64,000 nt of DNA from Phoronis australis (Eukaryota > Animalia > Phoronida), in contig NMRA01000677.1 of NCBI GenBank assembly GCA_002633005.1, positions 1-64,000 of the forward strand, written 5' to 3'. Shown in pieces: positions 24,069-37,798 of this stretch. Made by a program: the position numbers and the translations under genes. Under the pieces are notes generated by a model, which searched no databases, was not told where the DNA came from, and saw only the letters and a program-made list of their open reading frames with translations. Position 1 is the first letter of the stretch. Each line of letters opens with the position of its first letter.

Positions 24069-26962
24069 GTAAGTCTATAGAGTAGGCCTACCGACTGCAG
24101 AAAGGATGCAAATCCAGCATATGGCATCGGTGTCCTTGCGACATGGTGCCCCAGTGCCACTAGGCAACAAGTAGCCCCCGCTACCATGGCGTTGTGATTG
24201 CTTACAATGCCACTGTAACAGAATCCAAGTTGAGAGTTGAGACCCTGAGTTGAAACTCGGGATTATGACCAGATTGTATTGGTTCTAGAGTGACGCTGTC
24301 AAATTGTAAACCAGAGTGTCTGTGGGACTCGGCTGACAGTTCCTTTTGTGCTACAAAGTAGTAGAAACCGTTCCCAAATTTTCTGTAACTTTTGTGTCAA
24401 AATACTGACTTTTCAGTGCAAAATTTTGTTTTTTTTGCTTCTGAGCTTGTTTGAGTCAGTTGTCCGGGTATTCCCTACACTTACTATAAGGTTTACATTT
24501 TGGTCTGATCCAAAGTTGGTCACTAGGCAGTCCTCCTATGTCTGATGTCTCTCGGCATTGGCACATCAGCGCAGGTGCACCAGTTTCAGACTAACATAAC
24601 TGCCTTATGATCTTTTTCATTTTTTAACTTTGGGTTCTAACATTTGTGAATGCCTGCACGTTTTTTTTGTAGTTTAACCAATTTCGGACAAAATCAATTA
24701 CCCGTTTGTTGAATATTTTTGGTGACTGTTTGAAATCCTATATTACTTGTGCTCATTCTTCATTTTGTTATCAATTTATGCTCAAATTATTGCTTTTAGT
24801 ACTTTCTTAGTTATTCCACAAGCATTCCTTTATAATTTGACGTGAAACTCCCATAGTTGTTCTTTTACACCTGGTTTCACTGGAGGCTATAGAGAAAGAA
24901 CAATTGGCACATTGGTGAGAAATGCTATCTAACTTGTTTGATTTGAAAATTATTCCTGTTTTATGGTGTTTTAATGCTAGTTTAACAACAGTGGTTTGAC
25001 ACGTGTCCAGCTGTGAGTTATGTCTCAGTTTTAAATGCATTCTGAATGAGTTTGTTAGCTAATCATCTGTGACTTGCATGCCTTGACATACTTTGAAAAT
25101 TTCCTGTATGAAGGCTTGAGAAGAACCAGTGTTTTGAAAATAAGAAATAAATGTTGCATTTTGCCTTGTTAAGCTGACAAAAACATGAAAATCACATAAA
25201 ATTGGACTTGTAGTAATCCTTATTTTAATGGAAAACGTCATCTGGGTGAATTCGGTGCGCAGGCAGAGATTTGCTGAGTTTGATGGCTTTTCACTTCAGT
25301 TGTTTCGTTCATTTTTTTTTTCGTTTCATGCCAATGACGTTCGGCACCCTCACTTCCCACTTAACGTTTTTTTTTTTGAATTGTGCCTGATAGCATTTAA
25401 CGAGGTGACATTATGCTAAGCATCGGGCCAGGTAATCGGATATGTGTGTGATACGATTAAAAACGCTAGGCTTTCCTAAGGAACTGCAGAGCTTAGTGAT
25501 GTCCTGTTGTAAGATCTTGCGCATAGGAGATTTGAGTTACGTTAAAGCACAATATGGTCAAGTGTTGAAATTTTATTTTCTCATTTTTTCATATAAGATA
25601 TAGCACAAAATTAATGTTCTAACGTGTTCAAGTTTTGTATGATATCCACCATCACGCAATATTAAAACTTCCAGGGACTTGCCACAATGTAAGAAAACCT
25701 TGGAAATTGAGAAGAGGGTAATTTTGACAATCATTTTTGTCTGAACTTGGTGAGATTTTAGCGAACCCTTACAGTAAATGCGATGACCTACATGTATAAG
25801 CAATATCCTAGGTGTTCTCTAACTACTAAAGATGGTCTGAAAGCAAAATGGAACTGCTCCTGTAGTACTGGAGTTACTTGCTAGATGAAAATTGGGTAGC
25901 ATTTTTTTCATCACAGTTTTCAATAATCGGTAACTAATTTTACCATTTGTATCACTAATGTTTTTTACTGAACATGAAATATAACGTAGGATGCCTTTTT
26001 TGTACATTTGTCCTGGGTATAAGTATCAGCTAGGACTATACTCCTAGTTATCGAAGATTGTTCACAGAATGTGTTTAGAATGTGTTGGTTCGTTTCATTC
26101 TGTATTTGTGGAAGTTGAATCACAGCAGTGTTCCACTGTCTCTCAGGAACACTAATTTTGCATTAGGCACTGTGCCAATGAAAGTCAAGAAAATTGACAA
26201 TTCTATAACTGGGACTGTTATCTTAGATTTTGGTTTATTCAGTCATATGAGAGTTTGGGTTATGTAATATCATCAGCCAGTCTAAACACTAATTTTCCAC
26301 CAACTCAGTGTGAAAGAAAGTCAATTATGCAATACATACATGAATGATGTTTGTATTATGATCAAAGATTGGTAGAGACTGTTATCCATATCCTTGCCTT
26401 TACACACCTCATGGACAGGGACTAAATACCTTCAGTACCCTTTGGCTGGCTTTGTTCACAGGCCCCACTGACTTGGATTTCCATGAAAGCATAAAACTAT
26501 GCAACATTTACCTTAGCTTAGGTAAACACTTCTGTCGATTGTCAATTTCAGACTGACTAAAATCAAGGAAAACATAATCAGTGGTTGAGTTTTGTTAAGA
26601 TTTCATTCACCATCCCTGTGCTGTTTACTCTTTATAAAGAATCGAAGAGAATGTTAGCTTTGTGGCCTGTGATTCTTTTTGGTCTTTGATTGGGGTAATA
26701 GTTTTGCGTTGATGGTCCTGCCATGTTAGTTTTATCTTGTTGATAGCTAATCTGATCAAATGCTTAAGGGTACCCCTACCTCCTTGGTTACCTCATAGTT
26801 GTGTTAAAAAGTGGAATGACTTGAAAACATTTATGTTTTGTTACTGTCACAGTGGAAAACATGAAAAATTCCTGTCCGATGTAAAGGGCCGTCTATGCAG
26901 TCACTTGGGTGTTAACCTGATCAACCCTTAGCGTCTACTTATTTTTTGAAATTGGATATTGA

Positions 26963-27184
26963 CAGTGGCAGATCTATGTTTTTAGTAAGGGTGGAGTTCA
27001 GGATTCGTGCGAGTCCGAGGCCGTAGCGCCAAGTGGGGGGAGGTCGGGAGGGGGTTTGCCTCACCCCGTGTAAGATTTTTTGTTTTTGTAGCTGATTTCA
27101 TTTTCCTGGCGACGTTTTTATCATTTTACTTCCTGTCTCAGTGGGAGTAAAAACCCCCTGAACCCCCCCTTTGATCCGCTTCTG
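26963..27184. mobile_element. MITE with CAG termini and exact 5-bp TSD (hAT5-like)
   Basis: CAGTGGCAGATC...GATCCGCTTCTG, flanked by ATTGA at 26958-26962 and 27185-27189. Confidence 0.82.
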
Positions 27185-30100
27185 ATTGAAAAATTTCTAG
27201 AGTTAAAGGCTGCCTTTTCAAAAAGTTCAGTTATTGAAACTTGGTCTTAGTTTCATGAGAAGACAATCACCCTAATGATCAACCTAGGCATTCTTGTTAA
27301 TGAAACTTCCTCATTGCTGAAGTTCTTTTATTGTGTGCTACAGGTGTTTCGAGATAAACTGCCCGCAGCATCTATTGACTTCTTCCAAATTTAGTTGTTT
27401 TTTCACCAACCACATTTCATGTCAGGTCTGACAGGGGGCACTGTTGCCCGTGCTTGATACTATGTAGCACATGTGTGGTACTAAGCATTGTCTCTGTCCA
27501 TCCATTGTGCCTGGGAGGTAGGTGGGTTACCAAAAAGAAAGGTTTATGAAAAAAGATTTTTTTTGTGTTTTTAATAACAAGGGCTTGTGCATTTTTAGAA
27601 AAAAATGCTGATGACCTTAAGGTTTAACCCTGTTTTAAAAAAATCATACTAATTTAAGATTGCATATAAGGGATATTTTTAGGAGCACGTCCCCGTGTCA
27701 GTGGCTCAGAAATAATTTCACTCACTGACGCACTGTGATTGTAAGGTTGAACTCAGACTAGCAGATTAAAATTGGAAGTAACAAGGTACCAAAAACACCA
27801 AAAAAGGCCATAGATCTTCAAAGTGGCACATAATCTTTGATGCCATGTGGGTCAGTTCACCCTTTTTTAAAATGATCCTTGCTTTTAAATAGAGTGAAAG
27901 GTCTGAACAAGTCTGACTCTGTAATTAGGTTTTTCTAAAGCAAATATGAAGAATATGGTTCTCCAGCTTCATTCTCTTCAATACATTGTGGTTTACATTT
28001 GTGAGAACCAGACCAGATGTTGATACATCTTGATCTAGAATGACGTTTCAATTATTGTTTCTGTGTCGTTAATTAGCATATGACGTACTCATTAGAGTGC
28101 TGCTCATTCATATGTTGCAAAAAGAACACATTATTTTGGGTCCGAGCTGAAATTTGTGGTGACTCTGTAGATGGTAAAATAGTGAAAATGCTGGCAATGG
28201 AGGGTCAGAATGTTGGCAAAGTTTGACGAACTTGTGTATCTGTTGACAGATAATGTTTACCGTCTTACGGGTCTGTTATGCCATGTTTGGATGTACATAA
28301 TAAGATATCAATTATTTTCTACCAAAAAATTCTCTAAAGTGATGGGTAAACCGATAAAAATTGCTGTTCCCATAACGCGGAGAGACTTAGTAATGCTGTG
28401 TAGCTCTAATCACCTTCTGATATGGTGTTGATTATGTGACCAAGGGTAATCAAGACCCAAGTAGATAGTCTGGGTCAGAGGTCACCATGATAACCCTTCT
28501 AAAGACATGGACAAATAGTAACTGTCGCATACCCTGTAGTGCAGCGATGTCAACTGATATCAACGTCGCTTGTAGATAGGGGTTTATCAGGTATTATGTG
28601 AGAAACGACACGGGTATAGAACCTTCCCCCCCCCCAAAAATTAAAGCCCCGTAGAGTGCAGCAATCTTTCAATGTCAACAGTTTTGGTTCATGTTTTAGG
28701 GTGGGACCTTTCGTTTTGTTCTTATATGGTGAGTTAGTATTCCTAATAATTACACATGTATAATAAAACCATTGACCAAATGGATTTTGTCGATTTCTTC
28801 AACGCTATCTCTAACTTGAATTGAATGAGAAGTTTGTAACTTCTTCTTGACCTAATAAGCGGTGGGTGCCTGGGCCTTGTTTGGTGTTAGCATTACCCGC
28901 GTAAGTTGTTTGGTTTTCTTATTGAAAAACATATTGATGGTAAAATCTCACCACTTTAACACGATAGGATGGACTAGTCAAATTTTTTTTTCATGGGTAA
29001 GGAGCACCATACGAGTGCTTTGTCATTTTTTAATTCTTGAATTCTGTTCTACGGCTTCCAACAGACAATGATTTGAGAAATATTTCACAGCAATGTTGGA
29101 AGCCTCTGCAAAATAAAAGTGATCAATCATGGTAATTATCTTTGTCCAAAATTAGTGAAATTTCACTTGAGCTTCAGATTTTAATAATTACTTCAAAATT
29201 AGTTAAAATTTTAAGACTTAATTATGGTCCTTTTTTCCTCGTTAACCTTGAAAGTCTAAAGCAGGTCTGAAAGGTTACTACATTAGTGTGCTAAATCGCC
29301 CGTGACTAACGGGGGGGGGCTCCATGTTGAGGACCACTGTCCTGGAACCACTTAATGAGGCAAAGAAAAAGACATTTTAGTTGAGTGGTGGTTTTGTACC
29401 ACCTGCAATAGCATGTGGCAGAATCAGTTTTAGGTAAAATTATCCGTTCAGATCAAATACCCTTTTGAAACTTTTTACTCTGAATATTTCACAGCCCACG
29501 TGCCTCAGTTTTGTTGTTTTTTTGCCGTTTGTTTTGTATATTAACGGAATCTCTGTGCGCCTTTCAGTGCCATGCCTCTGTAATAGAGACCAACCCTATC
29601 GATGGAGACGTCAAGGTACAATGGTTGTTATTAATTGATGTTGTTGCCATGATAGATGTTGTTGATGTAATTGGTGTTGTTGCTATGGTTGATGTTGTTC
29701 TGTAAACATGCCTGATGCTGTTGTTTTTGATACAGTCTACTACCTCCAGGTGTCTATCTGACTGAGTCAGCATAAGTCCTCTTATCATAAAGAACAAAAA
29801 TCTTATGGGAATCGGCACAAAAATGGAAATATCTCTGTTGAGTAATGCTGGTTGAATCCATGCTGACAGGGCAACTCACTTTTCACCATGATGAAAACAG
29901 TTTTGTGCATAATTTTGTAGTTACGTACTTATTAGTTGGGTCCTTGGCATGTTAGTTTGGGGGTCGGGTTGAAACCTTGTAGATCACAGTTCGGCTTTAA
30001 TTTTGTTAATCAAAACCTTGGCTTTGGTCGTTGTAATGTCCCATGAAGTGTATACTTTTTACCCCGAAAATGTTCAATTGCCATTGCCTGTTTTCATTAT

Positions 30101-33100
30101 TTAGCGACTATTCTTTTTTCTGCTATTTTGATTTTTGAGCCTCTGCTAATTATGTCAGCATGTAGGGCCGAGTGTCTCATTGACGGGGACAGGCAGTTGA
30201 GCAATGGACTGAATGACATACGTCATACGACGTGAGGTTATGGAGAATGTATAAACTACATTTTATCAAAAGATTATTGTCTGTGGTTGATTTTTAATTG
30301 TCAATTTTCTGTCGCGACTATTTCTGAAAGTCGCGTTAGCAGAACAGAGGATGAATCTTTTATAACCCAGTTTTATTTTGCAACATCAGTGAAGACAGAA
30401 CATGAATTTGAACTACTGTTGTCTGGCTGGTTGGGTCCTCTGGATGTAAAGTTGCAGGGGAGCTTATTTGGCTGTTTATGTGCTTTTCCTTTCCTTTAAG
30501 TATACTGACTGCTTAATGAAGTTTGTATATCACTGTTTTGTTTTGTTTTCTTCAATTAGATATGGATGGCTGTTTGTCTTCAAATTCTAATCCCAGCAAG
30601 TGAAAACAGTGATGAATTCCAGTTACTGTTGTTTGCTCTTGTCACCAGGTGTCACTGTTGGGATGGTTCTAGATTGTCAAACCAACCAAGGAGTCATGTC
30701 ATCAAGTTTAGGTGTTGAAATTGAGTTTTGAACTTGGCACTCTCAATCAAAGTAATAAAATATTTTTGGTAGACAGTGTGTTGACCACAAGCAGGCTATT
30801 TTAATTCTTGTTTTGTAATTTTTCAAATTAAAATTATCTGTACCAAATGGCCTGAAACACAATACTAGCTGTTGGTTTCTTGGGTTCAACCATGTGGAAA
30901 ATTAAGTTCAGATGGCTGATTTTTGTGGTTGAAAGAGAAGAATAGACTAGTAGCAGATAGTTGAAATTTTGGGCTGTGGCATTGAAAGTGCTAAATTGGC
31001 ATCCCCTTGCCATTCAAATATTTCGCAGTTAGTGAACTTGGAAGTCATAATTTTCCCCCTATAATTTTCACTAAATTTTGAAGTCAGTGTTATTTATACA
31101 TTAAGGTGCCAGAAAATATGCGAACCGTGGCGGCTTTGTATTTCACAATCAGGTTTTGACAGTAAAATGCAACACATTATTTTTTGTGAAGGATAATCAT
31201 TTTTATGCGTCCAGATATTTATATGTAGATGGCATGATCGAACTTTCAGATGGATCCTACCACCGGTGTGCCCCCTAGTGCCAATTTTAGGTTTTACGCT
31301 TACCTGTGTGTCTTCAAACTGCTTATAAAGGTAGCGTGAAAATGACGTTTGCAACTGTACACAACTTCACTTTACTGCTGGAATTGACATTAATGACAGT
31401 CCGATTGTCCGGGACAACCAAACTTTAGGTGTGGACGTGAGTTGAATTTCTAATCTGTTGTCCATTCAACCTAAACTTTTTCATAGTCAATCATATGTTA
31501 AATGCATGCACAAAGTACTTTCTGTAACCTATTTGCAACCACAAATTGTTAAAGGACTTTCAAGTGACTCTCTGGCAAACCTTCAGGGAACCCGACTTCA
31601 ACTGGATGTTTGGACTGAAGTTGGTCAATGTCTTAATTTAGGAGAAGTACTCTATTTGATAGTTTGGCTATGGTGGCTGCTTGTCAGTCACTTCAAAACA
31701 GCCTTGAAAAACACAAAAAATTCGAAGTGAACTTGCTTAACAGAATTGCATGTAGCGTCAAGTATACTTCTTTTTAACTACCAATTCTTATTTATTCTTT
31801 CAAATTTTTAGACAAGCTCATTGTTGAGTTGAAGTAGAGTTGTCCTTTTAAAGTGTTTGTGCTGCTGGAGAAATTCAAAGTGAACACCCTGGCATTTTAG
31901 CCAGTATCTGAACAGAGTAAAAGCTTTGTTGACATGAAGTCATGTTGACATGAGTCTTACTGGTGATTCATTGAACCTATGCAATACTAATCTATAGTAA
32001 ATCAATGTCTTGTCATCTTCGCATTTTTGTTGCGTCATTCAGTCAGTGGATATCACTTTTTCTGATATTTTTAGACATTTAACAAATGAAACTGGCATGT
32101 ACTACTGTTGTAATTGGCAAAATTTTAAGTATGGAAAAATTTAAGTATGGCACACGTGATTTTTTCAAATTGAAAGCTTCTGTAAAATACAGTGTTAATG
32201 AAATCACCTTTCATTCCCCATCTAAATCAATGTTATACTTTGATTGAATTGAAATGGTCTCTTGGAATTTCTAGACAGCTTCTGATTCTATTCCAACCGG
32301 ACAAGCAACTGAAAAGACCTGAAACAATAGTCATCCCTCTGTTCTCAATCCTTGAAATAATTTTCATTCTGAGTAAAGTACAAAATGAGACTGATTTGAT
32401 ACAATCCTGAATCATATGTTGCTTTCCCATTTAGCGTAACTCGGGTTTATCGAAGTCCATCGCAACTCCCTTACTTTCCCACTCACTCCTCTTCAGTTAC
32501 CACTAGTTCTTGGGATTAAACACTAGGTGGCATACTTGATTTGCACTCTTGATTGAACATGTGTACTACACCTGACGACCCCTGGGGAATACTCCCACTA
32601 AAGTGGATTTTTAACCCTTCCCATTTTCAGGGAATTGCGCAATTCTGCAGTTTAAGTCCGGGGACTCTTTCCCATTGGCTGAAAGCCTGAAACTCCGCAA
32701 AGTTGCTGTGTTGATTGGAAAGCTCAGAAAGTTTGTTTTTGACAGAAGGTATGGGCTATTACCCGTTTAGTAAATGCACTTGATAATAATTTTTTGACTT
32801 ATGGACAAAGAAGTCCAATTTTGGGGTGTCAAGTGTCGTGGTTAGTTTGCTGGTGACTGGCCATCTGTTTATTGATAGTCAAGGGTTGGTTGCCAAGTCA
32901 AATGAAAGACAGCGTATGGCAAATTGAATTCAATTCCTAGAATTTGTTCTGTGGGCATCTAAAGTAGTGGGAAGTCTTTATTCTTTCTGATGCATCACCA
33001 GAGGCCGCTAAATGAATTATCTGTGTGTGGAATCAATAGGTAAATACTATCTGATCATCCTACTCTATATGTAGTAGGTCGGCGCTATTTTTGGCCTTGA

Positions 33101-33460
33101 TATCATTTGTGTGGACTTGAAGACCTGATTTCAAATGTTAATATTTATGACTAGTATGATACCTGAAGTCGGAACTTGACTGGCACGGATGCTGATGCTT
33201 TTCTAGTTTCAATTCAGTACCTGATTCGCAAATTGAACACTATTGAGTCCACAGCCAATTTTGGTGTAATCTTTTTACTCATAATGACTCATTGCTGCCC
33301 TTTGAAGTTAATCAAGTTTTGCACTTTCCAAGCTCCCAGCAACTAAGAATCAATAGCTACTGACTTAATAGGCAATTTGGTGACTGAATCACAGCCAATG
33401 GAAACTGTTGACAAACTTCATTTGCATGCATTGCATTTTGTGTCTCTGTTGAGTATATAT

Positions 33461-33530
33461 AGTACCTATAGGATGTATAAATAGTACCTATACCATGCGT
33501 AAATAGTACCTATCAGGTGTATAAATGTAG
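33461..33530. repeat. ~22-bp tandem repeat x 3
   Basis: (t)agtacctatNNNNtgYRtaaa repeated three times. Confidence 0.65.
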
Positions 33531-35250
33531 TGTACCCTTATAATCTATATAGATGGTACCTATGGTACTCATATTGTGTCGTGGGGCTTTTGCATTTTTA
33601 CTAGGGGGAAGTTTTTCACCAAGTATGTTGCTATGATCATTAATTATCACTGTTTCATGTTTTGTATGGAATTTACGTAACCTGTTCCTTTTGCACTAGG
33701 CATTTTGTTGCAAGAATTTCTCCTCTAACTGATGAATTCACTAGCAATTCTTGTTACAGCGGGCTTGATTTGGTGACCTGCACCTCTTCAATGTGATCTT
33801 GGATTTTGTTTGGTAACTTGTTAAAAATCCCAAGTCGCCATGAATTTGACAAGGATTCGCCACACCCACGTCTGAGCACAAGCTCAAAATAAGGAACTAA
33901 ACAGACAGAAGTCGGAATTAATTGGCGAAAACTGGATGGGCCCATTCATGATGTATACAGAGACAATGTGTTGTGGTCATCTGCTTTTTCCCTTAGGTAG
34001 CTGCCCAACTGCCATGGAATATCGTATCTAAGAAGAGAATGGCCATCACCGAGCAGACGATTTTACTCTTTAACTTTTTGTTTGACTAAAAAGAAAGAAA
34101 AATGCTGCCTAGGCAATTTTGGGTATTTGTGGACACTTGCCCAGTTACCATTTTTTTGAATTCAGATGTACGATTATTTCATTTCTTGGAAAAATGAAAT
34201 TTGCCGGTACCCTATGTCATTTTGTCCTTGGGATTTTTACCAGGTAGCCAAACAAAATCTGAAGTTGCAATGGTGAGCTACAGGTCGTCAAATCGAGACA
34301 TGTTCGAGTAACTATCGGTCAGTTTCAATGAAACCTTGCTTTATTCGGGTGGTAAAATCAACCCACACCGCTCTCAACTGAACAGGAGGAACGAATGCTT
34401 GATAGGGTGTGCTCTAGAGTGATGTGACTTTGTGATGGTTTAGCCACTGGGTGTTATTTTCAGAAAACTTTCTTGTTATATATCGTATTAGGATGTGCTG
34501 CCACTTTCCTTTTACATTGTCATCAATTCGCCGTTATTTTGTTTTACTCTTGATGTCTTGAACTTGCAGTCCTTGTAGCTAGCTTTTCGTTAAGGTTATA
34601 TATGAATCTAGAAAAATGTCCAATTTAGGCCAAATTTGGAATCACGTATCTCTGGAATGGCCGATGGATTCAGTTAAAACTTTCTGGTACTGTGCTTTAT
34701 GTAGTGCTTTTTATAACGGTTGCTTTTAAAATGATCCACTTTTGCAGTTGAGGTTATCAAAAAATTGTATTTTTACGATTTTAATGAAAATACTTGCATC
34801 AAACAAAAATTAAGTGATAATTTAGAAAACTGAAAATGTATCTAATGAAACTTGATCATGTTATTGATGCTGCTGTTTTGCTTTAGATGCATCTTTCATT
34901 TGTTTGCTAAATTCTGCTATAAAAGACACGTGACCCAGTCGTTGGCAGGTTGGTAGAAAGTCAAAAATCAAATTGTGCGAGTTCTACTTTCAGAAAATGT
35001 TTTTACTGAAGTGCATTTCGTTTTGTACATATTTGACTGAATGCACTAACTAGTCAACAAAGCCCAACATAAACTGTATCGGCCGTTGGAGTACGTTGTG
35101 TTTTTAAGCTCCGTGCTCTGCCTAATGCCCAGCCTGTGATTTGTGAGTTCCCAATTCATTCCTAGTGGGCAGTAACCCACATGAGTATGGTAATTTCACG
35201 AAAGGAATGTTATTCATCAAAATTGTGCTGTTTTATTTTGTCGCAGTGAG

Positions 35251-35363
35251 TAGTGCTGTAGTGGGGCGTAGGGTAGGCGCACGCAGGCGCAGCCAACCAC
35301 CTTTTGGCATTAGAACATAGCTTTGGGCACTTACTTACCTCTTATTTTACCACTACAGCACTG
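35251..35363. mobile_element. Small hAT-like MITE
   Basis: TIRs TAGTGCTGTAGTGG and CCACTACAGCACTG. 8-bp flanks GCAGTGAG and TCAGTGAG (7/8 identical). Confidence 0.75.
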
Positions 35364-36645
35364 TCAGTGAGTAGTATTTTCCATTTTTTATAAAGTTACG
35401 TAGTGTTGCAGTAAGTTCTGCATTAACTAGATTTCAAGATCTGTAAGTGATGGTCTTGGAAAGTCTTTTTTGTGTACTGCTGTATACTCCAAATGTTCCA
35501 ACACAGTGTGGGTTGCGATTGCGTGTGAGTGTGCGCAGGTGTTTTGGGAATCGTTACACCCCCATCCTTCCCCCATCCTTCCCCCCCGTTGTTAAGCGTA
35601 ATCCTGTATTGTGTTTGTATTGTTTGTTCAAGTTAAATAAAAAGTGAAAAACCAATACACAGTGCCAATGCTTTCACCCCAGATACAGCTGTTTACATTT
35701 TTGGGTTTTTTGAGAGGATAAAATTCCTTCCTGTGACTATGCCTGAGAGATATCCACCCAAGTAGGAGGCAACTGACTTTTAACTCTTCAGTGTTGCGAG
35801 AGCACAAAAGCATCTGTCGCTTGATGCAGTTTCAAATGCTGGTGTGCAAGACTGGACAACACACAGTTTTGTTTGTTCTGCAATTTTGTTTGTTCTCGGA
35901 CATTTTGAGATGGACATTTTGTTTGGATTATGTTAATATTCCACCTCTCACATGTGGTAATTTGCCATCATGACGATTGCAAATAGTGTACTAAAACACT
36001 TGGAAATTCCGCTGCTGTAAATCCCCATTAAATAATGTTGTGCACTGTCCACCATCTGCGTATTTCAGCATGTGGCAACTGTATCGAAAGATAGCTTTGG
36101 GGATGAGCCATCGCACCAATGATTCATATGGCAGAAACCAGTCTGGGCCTATTTGAACTGTGAACGGTGGTTGGTCTATGCTTGTTTTCCTCTGTTCCGG
36201 TATATGATTTTCTACTTATCTGGTCTAATGTGTGAAGACATTAATCAGCTTAAGATTAAGTCGTTGAAAATATTGACAAAAGTAATTACTTACTAATTAA
36301 CAGCCGTACAGATGTCACGGTTTTTGAGGCAAAGCTTTCATAATTGGCATTGCCAGATTGAGAATTTTTGGATAAGTTGAGTGGAAAACAAGCCCTGGGA
36401 GGGTGTCGGATATAAACCTGGTTTTCATGATATGTTAAAGTACACAGTTTGGAAAATGAAATAAACTTTAAAAAAATTCTGTAATCTCTTAACACTTTTT
36501 ATTACAGTAAAATTCCTCTAGTTCAGAAAAGGGAAAAATTAATTATTTTGCTCACAATCGGAGATTGTACCAAATTTAAGAGATAGGCAATATTGGCCGT
36601 GCCAAATTCAGGAATTACAATCAACATCAAATAATCATTCATTAT

Positions 36646-37063
36646 AGTCCCGTTTAGACATCAACTTTTGGCCCCACGCAACTGACACGGAGCAAATTTA
36701 CTCGTGTCAAGCGGCCGTTTACACGCACAACTCACTAACCATGGCAAGACGGAAATTGCAGGCTGGAGAGACTGGATCGCACATACGCAGGTTTACAAAT
36801 GACGAGAGTTGCAGAGACAAAGAACCCGTATGAAGGTCATTGCACAAGCGCAGTAGAGATGATCCTTTCCGCCTTGCTCCAGTTTCACGTTTAGACTTAT
36901 AATTGACACGGCGCAAGATGTTAGGCTGTAAATTGCTCTACCTCACAAACGGGTGGCAAAAATTTGTCAGCGCGGTGTCAGTTTGCTCCGTGTCAGTTGG
37001 TGTCAGTTCGCTTACGTTCCATGTCAGCTGATCGGTGTCAACTTTGTTAGTGTAAACGGCACT
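36646..37063. mobile_element. Harbinger-like MITE
   Basis: Termini AGTCCCGTTTAGAC and GTGTAAACGGCACT, plus an inner inverted repeat caactgacacggagcaaa / tttgctccgtgtcagttg. Confidence 0.75.
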
Positions 37064-37297
37064 TTAGATGTTATACACTATGGGGACTTGTGAACACTTT
37101 GCATCATTGGCTACTTTATCTACTGCCACGTCTTTTTTCAGACTCAGTAGATGCAAAATGCGCACTGTCTACGGTCAGATATTTGTGAAATATCATGAAT
37201 GCCAGAACCGCCCATGCCCCAATTTTCTAGGACCTAGAAAATTGAATTTTGCTTTGAATTTATGTGTCCCAAAGTTTAGAGACTTTCTCAAAGTCAA

Positions 37298-37798
37298 GGG
37301 CCTTTTAATTCTAACTTAACTCTGGTATGAGCGGGGTGGCGACGTAAACTGCGAATTTAAATGAATCGTTCATACCAGCTTCAGTAGTTAACAGCATCGA
37401 AGTAAACAGTAGGTGACGCTGTCGTCAAAGTAGGCTGATGCATTGCATACACACTAAGATTTTTATTAATGAGACAATATGAAAACATTTGCGTACGCTA
37501 ATTGACATAAAACTTATTTCTAATTTGATTGGTGATTATTCGAGCAAGATATAAGCAACTATCAGCGACGTTACTGCTTTTTAATTTGTGATGATGGCAG
37601 TGGCCCCTGGCGATAACTTCGATAGGACCGAAGTTGACTGTTCGTACCGCACTGCAACGTCAACGCTGTTCTATTAATTCCACCTGTTTACTGCGAAGTT
37701 AACCGGCACTGTTAACTTCCATCCAGGACCGGAGTTAACTATTCGTACTGACCACAACTCCCCAAAACATTGACACATGACGTTAGTATGAAAGGGCC
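37298..37798. mobile_element. Harbinger-like MITE (family shared with 14916-15228, opposite orientation)
   Basis: Starts GGGCCTTTTAATT and ends GACGTTAGTATGAAAGGGCC. Shares the ggggagttgYggtcagtaYgaa...ttaactccggtcc block. Confidence 0.75.

Noticed and set aside
25413-25431. Third PTK7 leader exon (MLSIGP-G|GTAATC)
   Set aside because: Phase-compatible but too short and lacks a hydrophobic core.
28690-28728. Strong G|GTGAGT donor as another PTK7 leader
   Set aside because: No in-frame ATG between the upstream stop and the donor in phase 1.
29564-29818. Thr-rich mucin-like ORF
   Set aside because: Degenerate (GTT/GAT)n low-complexity repeat within an intron, with no splice or start context.
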